Virus record (IMG/VR): IMGVR_UViG_3300032007_000017
Strand: one strand, 5' to 3'
DNA: 64,000 nucleotides
Origin: a virus
Taxonomy: Duplodnaviria > Caudoviricetes
A program made the position numbers and the translations under genes. Below, in pieces: positions 56,520 to 64,000 of the stretch (position 1 is its first letter; every line of letters starts with the position of its first letter). The notes beneath the pieces are model-generated. The model did not search any database and had not been told where the DNA came from. It worked only from the letters and a program-made list of their open reading frames with translations.

Positions 56520-58482
56520 TTTCTTTCCACTCCTGCAGTTTCTGTATTAATTCCTCAGACATTTCCACCTCATTAATGAATGGGCGATAATATCCTCCTT
56601 CTGTATGCTTTTCATACAGTGGGAAATAATACTTTTGATATTGGGTAAACGGATATCTGCATCCATCATCCATGGTCTCAGGCAGCCTTGCAATAGGATG
56701 TCTGGGCTGGATTTCATAGGTGTAGAGATCTCGTATATATGTCACAAGTTGATTGAAGTTCGGCAATCCTAACCAGCGTGTACCGAATTCTAGCCACTGA
56801 TGAGATTGTAGATCTTCACAGAATTGTCCTCCTGCTGTATAATGTTCATAATGAGTCCTATTATGCTTATCATGGATCTTACCAGCAATAATAATAAGAC
56901 CAATCTGGACATACGGGAAGACATTAAACTGACGCATAATCGACGGATACAGAGATTTATAGTCAGAGTCGACTAGATTCTCAAATACATTCGTCGGATT
57001 ACCGTTAAGAAATACTCTCGATTTATCGTTAACTTGAAGCGGATCAGCCACAAAGGCCCCAGGATAGGGCTGAGCGACATTATCATAATTGATATTATTA
57101 CCCTTTACGTAACCTCTATCCCAAAGAACTTGCTGACCGCGATTAGCAAGATATACAGTTTGACGATGAATCTTTGCATATCGAGTATTGTTCATCAAAC
57201 ACTTAGAGAATACATACTCTAAGTCTTGAGTATAATACTCAATACAATATTGAACGATAGTATCACAGACGTTATAGAAGAAGAATGTCTTATAGTTTTT
57301 ATAAGGCAGTAACTCAATCTGAGTTGTGATATCTTTATAGTCAAGCTTCTTCACCTTGGCTATAATTGTACCAATAGCATCCAATCCATAGGATAGGTAC
57401 TTTGTCTGTCCTTTTCGTCTGGATGCAAATTGGATCATTTGATCGAGCCAGACTGTATAAGAAGAGCATGAGAAGAAATCGTTACGCTCATCAAATACAT
57501 CTTTATTTCTATCGTCGACATAATAGAAGCATTCTTTGACCTTGAAATCTGGATGGCAGATTACATTTTCTGGTTTTCTACCAAGACGTTCAATTCTTGC
57601 AATCAGATATGGAAGGTCGAATGCTTCATTCCATGCCAGACAGAAATCTGGTTTATAGCTGTTTACCAGTTTAAAGAACTCACGTATCATTCTATATTCA
57701 TCATCTTCATCATAGAATGCTACATTGAATTTCATATTCTCTAAACCAAAGTAAAATGGCTCCTTGGTTTCAGAGTTATGATTATTCTCTGAAACATGAG
57801 CCAATACAAATTGCTTTAATTCAGCAAGATTCTGCTGAATATTTGCTTCTAGTTCAGCAATTTGTGGATTCCTAGGATTCCTCAGAAGGAATGTATAGGT
57901 CTCCATTCTATCCTGAAAAACGATGGTAATTGCATTGACTGGTGCTTCTCCAGGTTCCGGAAAATCACCAGCAATATCGATACCATCGACCTCAATATCG
58001 AAGAAAGCTTTAGAGATCTGACAGATCTGGTTTGTATAGGTATTATTAAACCAAAATCTATAATGATCTTCCAAAGTATTATCTGACATAAACACATCAG
58101 GGTGTTTATGAATATCTTTTATTTTTCTGAAATCGCCACTTCGAATAGTCTCTTTATACCAAGAAGTATATCCGAGCTTATCACAGATATCTGATTCAAG
58201 GAATAAATGAGGAGTATCATGGGCATCCACACTATTTAAAGGTGCATAAGTTCGATTATATGCTACCCGCTTATCAGGTTTTGCAATAAAATATTCATAA
58301 GCAGGATTCATAATCTCTTCTTTATGCTTCATTCCTGTTTTATTATCTTTATAGATAATAGTCATGCATTGAGTATATTTACTCTTTCCATTTTCATCTG
58401 GTGGCAACCTCCATTTCTTTACCATAGTATTCATAATGGTAAGATCATCACCAGGTTGCCTTGCAGTAAGTTTCAATTGCAT
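56488..58482 (-). CDS. polB: Family B DNA polymerase, N-terminal subunit (3'-5' exonuclease plus motif A)
   Basis: ExoI FDIEVD, ExoII WNEAFDLPY, ExoIII YNVCD, YPGAFV, motif A DYKSLYPSIM; AGGTGA SD before ATG 58482. Confidence 0.9.
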   Translation of the reverse strand: MQLKLTARQPGDDLTIMNTMVKKWRLPPDENGKSKYTQCMTIIYKDNKTGMKHKEEIMNPAYEYFIAKPDKRVAYNRTYAPLNSVDAHDTPHLFLESDICDKLGYTSWYKETIRSGDFRKIKDIHKHPDVFMSDNTLEDHYRFWFNNTYTNQICQISKAFFDIEVDGIDIAGDFPEPGEAPVNAITIVFQDRMETYTFLLRNPRNPQIAELEANIQQNLAELKQFVLAHVSENNHNSETKEPFYFGLENMKFNVAFYDEDDEYRMIREFFKLVNSYKPDFCLAWNEAFDLPYLIARIERLGRKPENVICHPDFKVKECFYYVDDRNKDVFDERNDFFSCSSYTVWLDQMIQFASRRKGQTKYLSYGLDAIGTIIAKVKKLDYKDITTQIELLPYKNYKTFFFYNVCDTIVQYCIEYYTQDLEYVFSKCLMNNTRYAKIHRQTVYLANRGQQVLWDRGYVKGNNINYDNVAQPYPGAFVADPLQVNDKSRVFLNGNPTNVFENLVDSDYKSLYPSIMRQFNVFPYVQIGLIIIAGKIHDKHNRTHYEHYTAGGQFCEDLQSHQWLEFGTRWLGLPNFNQLVTYIRDLYTYEIQPRHPIARLPETMDDGCRYPFTQYQKYYFPLYEKHTEGGYYRPFINEVEMSEELIQKLQEWKENVAVTPNQSF

Positions 58483-58585
58483 AATCTCACCTACTATCTT
58501 AATTATTGCACAGTTATAATATATTTTCAAATTGACTTTTAAAGATTACACTAACAGCAAATTATATTAGAAGGAGGATTTCAAT

Positions 58586-59581
58586 ATGGAATTCTATTAT
58601 CCTTTCATAGGCACCGAGCCTACAGAAGAAATTTCTGCTAAGAAGAATGCACTCGATGGTTATACAGAATTCGATACGTCATTCTTCGAAGATGATGGTG
58701 CGAAAATCGTCCCCTCTGAACAAGAACTCGAGCTTGCAGATAAGAATAATAAAGCTAAGAAAGCCCCTGAAAGACTTACCAAAGTCTCTCAAAAGGGTGG
58801 TCCTTTCGATGTACCAGTTCCTGTAGCATCTACAGAAGCTGTTGTAGATCCTATGACTGTACCTTATGCTGATTCTTATCGTAGAACTAATTCATGGCTT
58901 GAGCAGTCTGTTCTTCAGACGGATGTACTTGCTAGTGAAGTAAAAGAAGACTTGGATAAGATCCGTGCTTCCAATACCATGAAGTCTAAGTACACCTATA
59001 TCTCTAATCTTGCTGGTGTTCAGGCTAGTTTGATTGGTACGAAGATTCAGGCTATTCGTGAAATCAATAACTCTATCAACAAGGCTCATGAACTTGAGCT
59101 TAAGAGAGCTAAGGATATCAAGGATGCTCAGAAGGATCAGCAGAATGATGATTCTCGCATGATGGATATGTACAATGCCTTTATCAATTCTCCTATGGGC
59201 ATGTACAATAATGCTTTGAATATGCCGACTGTCCCTGAAGCGATGCTTGGTACGAATGGTTTAAACCCCACTATCCAGGGTGTATCAATTGCTCCGAACG
59301 CTGGTCTGTCTTCCAATCAGTTGTCTCCCGAGCAGCTTCGCATGAGAATGGAGGGCAACCCCAATATTGAAGAGGTTGTCATGTATGAACCTTCTACAGG
59401 TAGACGTTGGTTCCAGATTTTAGATAATTCGACAGGTCAACCTGTCCCCGGTATGCCTACAAGTGACGATTTCTTACTTTCGGATGTCACTATTGATGTC
59501 CGTAGTGGGACTGCTAAGAATCGTAACATTGACCGGGTTTGGAGGCTCGTAAACACCGAAAATACAGTTTACGAATATTGA
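58586..59581 (+). CDS. Hypothetical late protein
   Basis: 331 aa, AAGGAGG SD, late-type promoter 58553-58564. Confidence 0.8.
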   Translation: MEFYYPFIGTEPTEEISAKKNALDGYTEFDTSFFEDDGAKIVPSEQELELADKNNKAKKAPERLTKVSQKGGPFDVPVPVASTEAVVDPMTVPYADSYRRTNSWLEQSVLQTDVLASEVKEDLDKIRASNTMKSKYTYISNLAGVQASLIGTKIQAIREINNSINKAHELELKRAKDIKDAQKDQQNDDSRMMDMYNAFINSPMGMYNNALNMPTVPEAMLGTNGLNPTIQGVSIAPNAGLSSNQLSPEQLRMRMEGNPNIEEVVMYEPSTGRRWFQILDNSTGQPVPGMPTSDDFLLSDVTIDVRSGTAKNRNIDRVWRLVNTENTVYEY

Positions 59582-59586
59582 TGTGA

Positions 59587-59670
59587 AAATAAAAGGGGGA
59601 GAGCCCCGATTGTGGGCTCTCCCAAGAAAGAGGAAGTTCGATGCATCTCTATCGCATGGGCGCATCGATT
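59587..59670 (-). ncRNA. Candidate sRNA-4
   Basis: AGCA-N6-TA 59681-59670; 5' stem; CAUCGAACUUCCUCUUUCUU (anti-start/anti-SD); terminator 59623-59597 with U tail on the minus strand only. Confidence 0.45.
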
Positions 59671-59703
59671 AATTATATGCTATCAACTATATAAAAAATA
59701 AAT

Positions 59704-59728
59704 ATAAGAGGACTTTTTGTCCTCTTAT
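59704..59728. terminator. Bidirectional terminator-like hairpin inside the sRNA cluster
   Basis: ATAAGAGGAC/GTCCTCTTAT flanked by A and T runs. Confidence 0.7.
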
Positions 59729-59737
59729 TTCTTTGCT

Positions 59738-59830
59738 AAAACTAATTAGACAGTCATTATGACTGTCTAATTAGTACTATGGAGGAATCAATCAATGAAA
59801 ACCAAAAAGAAATATAGAAATTGTGGCTTT
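59738..59830 (-). ncRNA. Candidate sRNA-3
   Basis: AACT-N6-TA 59841-59830; UUUUCAUUGAUUGAUUCCUCCA; 16-17-bp terminal hairpin 59775-59741 plus U tail. Confidence 0.5.
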
Positions 59831-59844
59831 ACTTAATAGTTAGA

Positions 59845-59969
59845 TAGACTATATACAAGGGACTCGAAAGTCCCTTGTATATAGTTTTGAAAGAAGAAGT
59901 CAATCTGGGAAAAGTGTGGATAACATGTTGAAAAATCATAAGTTTCATCCAAAACCAAATAATGGTTTT
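59845..59969 (-). ncRNA. Candidate sRNA-2
   Basis: AACA-N7-TA 59981-59969; 5' hairpin AAAACCA/TGGTTTT; CU-rich body; 17-bp hairpin with UUCG loop on the minus strand. Confidence 0.45.
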
Positions 59970-59989
59970 ACTTTTTTTGTTATATGCAT

Positions 59990-60105
59990 AAAAAATAATA
60001 CGAGGGTCTACCAGCCCCCCGTATTACTGTATGTAGTCATATAAGAGGCCCATCTCACAAACCTCTTACTGAGTACATACTAATGTGGACGTATTTCAGC
60101 CCACC
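59990..60105 (-). ncRNA. Candidate structured sRNA-1
   Basis: AACA-N6-TG 60116-60105; three stems, all with G-U pairs that form only on the minus strand; terminator plus U tail. Confidence 0.55.
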
Positions 60106-60115
60106 ATTAGTATGT

Positions 60116-62854
60116 TCAGTTCGCATTAAAATCCCAAATTATATTATTGGTAGATTTATCAATATCAATACCATCAGATCTAAGAAGAATGATATCAGCA
60201 TTTGATACAATCATCTCAGAAGAATGTGAGATCATAATGCACTGCTCAGTTTCCATAAGATCCATGATATTATCCATCAATAAAGCAAATGCTGCTCTAT
60301 TAGGTTCATCAAGAGGATCATCAATTTCATCTACTTTAATGACATTATACTCAGTAGAAGAAATCTTCAAAAGAGCAAATGAGATAATCATGGATATCAT
60401 AGTCAACTGAGAGGAACTCATTGAAGATATATCATCATTCAAATATCCATTACCAATGCAAGGAATTCTAAACTCATTTTCATTGATAACGAATGGTTGA
60501 AGTTGATACTGTCCTCCAAATAGATAAGACAATAACTTATTGGAGAGTTTCAGTATATTACCCATATAGAGTTCCATAAATACTAGCTGGATGCCAGTAG
60601 TAGGGGATGAATAGAACTTGACTTTTTCATACTTCTTAATCTCAGTTTGATAAGACTCAAGAGATTTTTCATAATCTGCAATCTGTCCAAGCTTGTAAAC
60701 CAAATCATCTCGTTCTCTATTTTTATGAGAAACATCATTCTCATAAACTTTCAAACGAGTAACCTCTTCTGCTCTTCTAGCTTCATGATTACGAATGAAA
60801 TCTATCTGAGATTTATACTGATCAAGCTCATTCTTTGTAGAATCATAAAGTTGCATTGTTTGCAGTATCTGATCGACCTTGGGTATCAAATAATCGTTTA
60901 TTTGATGAATTCTGTCTTCTGATACTGCTAAAGCCCTTTGAACGTGTTCTACGATCCTTTGGTTCGCCTCAGAGTGCCTAAATAAGGCGCTGAGAGAAGC
61001 TTCAAGTTGAATTTTCATGTCGTAGAACTTTTTCATGCCTTCTTTCATTCCAGCAAGAGAAGCTAGCTTAGCTTCATACTTTTGAATATTTCCTACTATG
61101 ATTTGATATTCTTCAAAGTAATTGGCTAAGTCAATATATTGATAGATTCTATCAATATATTTCAATTCATCTCCTCCAAGAAGAGTCTCAAAGAACTCTG
61201 CTTTGGATTCGAATATTCCTCCATTTGGAAGTCTTGAAAGAATGGAATGATTCTTATCAATAGAACGAATGATCGTTCTAATGGCATTTAAGCAAGCATT
61301 ATGAACTTCTGCATGTTTAACCTCAGATTCATATTGATCTATTTGTGCTTTAAAAATATCATATGAATTGGTTAAGTCAGATAGAGTTTCTGCCGGATTA
61401 GTAGCAGCGGCTTTTACAGCATCTGATATAAAGAAGCATGAATCAATCTTACAACCACTAGGACGATTCTTTAACTTTTCTGCCAGCTTACGATTAGTAT
61501 CTGCTTCAGCAATTGCTGTTAGATACTTTTCGTTATACTGGTCTTTGGTATCAAGAACCGCCTGTTGTTTCGATGTATCAATAACAGAAGGCATGCCTAT
61601 ATAATTAATGGTAGCAAACTCATTGATACATTCTTGAATTGTATGATAGTCATACATAAACTTAAAATCTTCTACTAAGCGAGTAATCTCATGCACTGTC
61701 TCCAACGCAATAATATACTCAGCTTTTGTAAAAGAATTCGGATCAATACCTGTAACAGATATTGTCTGGGCTATCTGTGCCGCATCTTGTTTAGCACTAT
61801 TCAGATAGGATTCGACCTCATTATACTCATCAGACTTTAAAGAGGATAACTGATTTTCAATATCATCAATCTGTCCTTTGATAGATTGAATTTGATTTAT
61901 CAATCCATTATTAATAGATCTAATTCTCTCTATCTCAGACTTGAAATAGGTATTAGCAGCATAGTCTTTCTGAAGTTGCTCAGCCAATGCTTTTGCTTCC
62001 ACTTCAGGAATAAACATCATCTGCATACCATCTCGATGATAACCAAAAATCATCTCTTTAAGCTCTTTATTAAGCTTTCTGAGTTCAGATTCTTTGCTCT
62101 TATATGAAGTTTGAATAGAAGCATCGGGATCAATGTTTCTGATTTCTACATCAATCTCTGTAATGGTTCTTTTAACTTCATCAATGTTTCTTTGAATTTC
62201 ATTTGTCTCTCGTTCTACAGAATCTTTTAAAGCCTCTAAACTTGCTTTATCTCCAAGAGCTCCTAATCTAGTAGTGATACTAGACATAATAGCCTTAACA
62301 GCACTTACTTTCTTAGAAACTGTCTTGTAGATATCGTTATAGACTTCAAGAGATTCGATAATAGAATTAACAAACTTCTTTCTCTCAGCAGGCTTCTTAT
62401 AACCAAGACCTCTATCATCCATGGATAGTTTAGAGAGAGCAAAGAAATTAGGATCAAGCTTAAATTCAGAATACAAAATGTCTCGATAACTCGTTACATT
62501 CCCATTCTGATTCATCTCAATCATAACTCCATTATCATTAGACTTTGAGATAAATGCTTTAGTGGTTTCTCTTGTACCATTTGGTTTCAGTTCATGAAAG
62601 AACTGAATTAGATAGTTGTGTCCTTTGTGATAGACTCCTACTATTTTACTAGCAGATCTATCAGGAATAAATGCATCAGTACTATCTGGAAATAAACTTA
62701 ATGCATTCATAATAGTGGTCTTACCAGACCCATTGGTTCCTTTAATGACTTGGACTCTATGTGTAGCAAGACTAAAATCTATCCTGATATTATAGAGACC
62801 CATTCCATTATAGATACCAACGTAGTTATTCAGTTCAAGACTTGTAAATCTCAT
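60116..62854 (-). CDS. sbcC: SbcC/Rad50 (T4 gp46-like) SMC ATPase
   Basis: Walker A GTNGSGKT, long coiled coil, central CKIDSC, signature MSSSQ, Walker B/D-loop VDEIDDPLD, ISH. Confidence 0.9.
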   Translation of the reverse strand: MRFTSLELNNYVGIYNGMGLYNIRIDFSLATHRVQVIKGTNGSGKTTIMNALSLFPDSTDAFIPDRSASKIVGVYHKGHNYLIQFFHELKPNGTRETTKAFISKSNDNGVMIEMNQNGNVTSYRDILYSEFKLDPNFFALSKLSMDDRGLGYKKPAERKKFVNSIIESLEVYNDIYKTVSKKVSAVKAIMSSITTRLGALGDKASLEALKDSVERETNEIQRNIDEVKRTITEIDVEIRNIDPDASIQTSYKSKESELRKLNKELKEMIFGYHRDGMQMMFIPEVEAKALAEQLQKDYAANTYFKSEIERIRSINNGLINQIQSIKGQIDDIENQLSSLKSDEYNEVESYLNSAKQDAAQIAQTISVTGIDPNSFTKAEYIIALETVHEITRLVEDFKFMYDYHTIQECINEFATINYIGMPSVIDTSKQQAVLDTKDQYNEKYLTAIAEADTNRKLAEKLKNRPSGCKIDSCFFISDAVKAAATNPAETLSDLTNSYDIFKAQIDQYESEVKHAEVHNACLNAIRTIIRSIDKNHSILSRLPNGGIFESKAEFFETLLGGDELKYIDRIYQYIDLANYFEEYQIIVGNIQKYEAKLASLAGMKEGMKKFYDMKIQLEASLSALFRHSEANQRIVEHVQRALAVSEDRIHQINDYLIPKVDQILQTMQLYDSTKNELDQYKSQIDFIRNHEARRAEEVTRLKVYENDVSHKNRERDDLVYKLGQIADYEKSLESYQTEIKKYEKVKFYSSPTTGIQLVFMELYMGNILKLSNKLLSYLFGGQYQLQPFVINENEFRIPCIGNGYLNDDISSMSSSQLTMISMIISFALLKISSTEYNVIKVDEIDDPLDEPNRAAFALLMDNIMDLMETEQCIMISHSSEMIVSNADIILLRSDGIDIDKSTNNIIWDFNAN

Positions 62855-63171
62855 TATGTAAACTGTTTATATGCATATTTCTTTTCTTGTTGATTTACAT
62901 CAGTAGGTTTCTTTTCTTTTACAATACCAATACGGATAAGGTCTTGAAATTCTCCACTCATAATACTGATATCATCCGGTGTAGTGACACCAATATTCTT
63001 GCATACAGTTTCTACATCACTATATGTGAAATCATCAGTTAATTGCTGAAGAGTCAGATAAAGTAAACGACTTACACGTTCTTTATTCTGAAGGTCTGAT
63101 CTCCAGCGACTGTTGATATATTTGACTTCGTTTTGATTAAGATCTTCAATTATTTCTTGCATTGTCGTCAT
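62854..63171 (-). CDS. Small hypothetical protein, possible winged helix
   Basis: GAGGTG SD; coupled to sbcC; AACA-N6-TA 63197-63208. Confidence 0.65.
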   Translation of the reverse strand: MTTMQEIIEDLNQNEVKYINSRWRSDLQNKERVSRLLYLTLQQLTDDFTYSDVETVCKNIGVTTPDDISIMSGEFQDLIRIGIVKEKKPTDVNQQEKKYAYKQFT

Positions 63172-63229
63172 AATGGCAATCACCTCATAATAAGATTAAT
63201 GATCTGTTTTCATAAAGGTAATAAAAAGA

Positions 63230-63256
63230 AAAGAGAGAGCTATAAGCTCTCTCTTT
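63230..63256 (-). terminator. Intrinsic terminator
   Basis: 12-bp stem plus U tail. Confidence 0.75.
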
Positions 63257-63599
63257 TTCTCATAAGTTCTCTCTTCTTTCTCTGCTCAGTATCTGTAAGC
63301 TCTTTAAAAGCGCTTAAGAATATTTGAGAATTCAGAGGATTTGCATCAGGAATTGGAAAACCTCTATCCCAAAGTATAGGAAATGCCTTACCACACTTTA
63401 TACATCTAAATGTATAGAATGGGGTTCTGGTATTAAATTCCATACAGTGGGCACCGGCCATGTATTGATCTGCGATCTTTCTATAACCCACTGGATCATT
63501 GAAATACTCGTAGAGTTCTATACTTCGATGAGATCTGCAATTAGGGCAAGTATCAATCGGATCAATCATAAGATTAATCTTTTTGATAAACTCACTCAT
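63240..63599 (-). CDS. Zinc-ribbon protein
   Basis: CPNC and CIKC pairs; GAGGAGG SD before ATG 63599. Confidence 0.75.
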   Translation of the reverse strand: MSEFIKKINLMIDPIDTCPNCRSHRSIELYEYFNDPVGYRKIADQYMAGAHCMEFNTRTPFYTFRCIKCGKAFPILWDRGFPIPDANPLNSQIFLSAFKELTDTEQRKKRELMRKRESL

Positions 63600-64000
63600 T
63601 TGTTTCCTCCTCATAATTAGGTGTAGGCGGTGCTACAGGTGGAACAGTATTGCTGTATTTATTTCTCCAACGATTGAAAGACCCAAGAAGTTTATACTTA
63701 TTGGGAAAGTCTCTCGAAAGAGTATCACAATACTTGAAATCTTCCTCAAAGAACTTATAGTATGTGTCGTTATCTATAGCAATGCCAGTATCAATAAACG
63801 CAACTCTGAATGTATCGGGCTTTGTCAGATTGATTCTGGTGTTATTATAGATATACCATGTGATGATGTGCATGATGGCGAATTTAATCTGGCACAGATA
63901 TTCACCATCACATGCATCGTCAGGATAAATGATATCCAATAGAAGGTCATGCATGACCTTGATAAACTTCATCGTATTGACGCCATCCGCTGTATTAACA
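63592..64000 (-). CDS. Hypothetical protein, probably 5'-truncated by the window edge
   Basis: Frame stays open from the window end to the stop at 63592. Confidence 0.65.
   Translation of the reverse strand, partial: VNTADGVNTMKFIKVMHDLLLDIIYPDDACDGEYLCQIKFAIMHIITWYIYNNTRINLTKPDTFRVAFIDTGIAIDNDTYYKFFEEDFKYCDTLSRDFPNKYKLLGSFNRWRNKYSNTVPPVAPPTPNYEEETNE

Noticed and set aside
59741-59775. 35-nt near-perfect palindrome containing CAGTCA/TGACTG, considered as an operator related to the GCCAGTC loops
   Set aside because: The shared stretch is only 6-7 nt and sits in a stem here; a terminal hairpin of sRNA-3 is the simpler explanation.
59795-59836. 13-aa micro-ORF MKTKKKYRNCGFT with GGAGG SD
   Set aside because: No plus-strand promoter seen and it lies behind terminator-like hairpins; read instead as the antisense face of sRNA-3, pending Ribo-seq.
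59915-59923. Perfect DnaA box (TGTGGATAA) suggesting a replication origin
   Set aside because: Single copy, no iterons, and the phage encodes its own replication genes. An origin remains an alternative reading of this gap but is unsupported.
59582-60116. CRISPR array or tRNA cluster
   Set aside because: The hairpins differ in sequence (no direct repeats), and I found no cloverleaf with canonical T and D arms.
1-64000. Stop-codon reassignment, introns, inteins, homing endonucleases
   Set aside because: Core genes are uninterrupted under code 11, all three stop codons are used, and no intein or homing endonuclease motifs were recognised.

Overview
This is a 64-kb, AT-rich, densely coding segment of a jumbo myophage genome in the standard genetic code. 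Strong GGAGG Shine-Dalgarno sites suggest a Firmicutes host. Gene content resembles AR9/PBS1/phiKZ-type phages that carry their own multisubunit RNA polymerases. Structural genes include a baseplate wedge, a ~2,860-aa tape-measure protein with three C-terminal enzyme domains, terminase, neck, portal, tail sheath and tube, and fibres. Replication and transcription genes include a family-B DNA polymerase split over two distant genes, an SF2 helicase, RusA, SbcC/Rad50 and two different RNAP beta' C-terminal subunits. Two phage promoter motifs can be read from the sequence: AACA-N6-TA (about 20 copies, AR9-type late) and a TATATTAT-like motif (putative early). The main unexplained signal is a set of short non-coding units driven by the late-type motif. 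Four lie in tandem at 59.6-60.1 kb, each with promoter, body and terminator, and several carry the reverse complement of a Shine-Dalgarno site plus start codon. Two more loci (24.2 kb and 49.7 kb) share a 45-nt promoter-hairpin with a compensatory base-pair change, and its loop is complementary to a second loop at 24.37 kb. All protein calls rest on motifs recognised by eye; no database search was run. No tRNA, rRNA, CRISPR array, intron or mobile element was seen.
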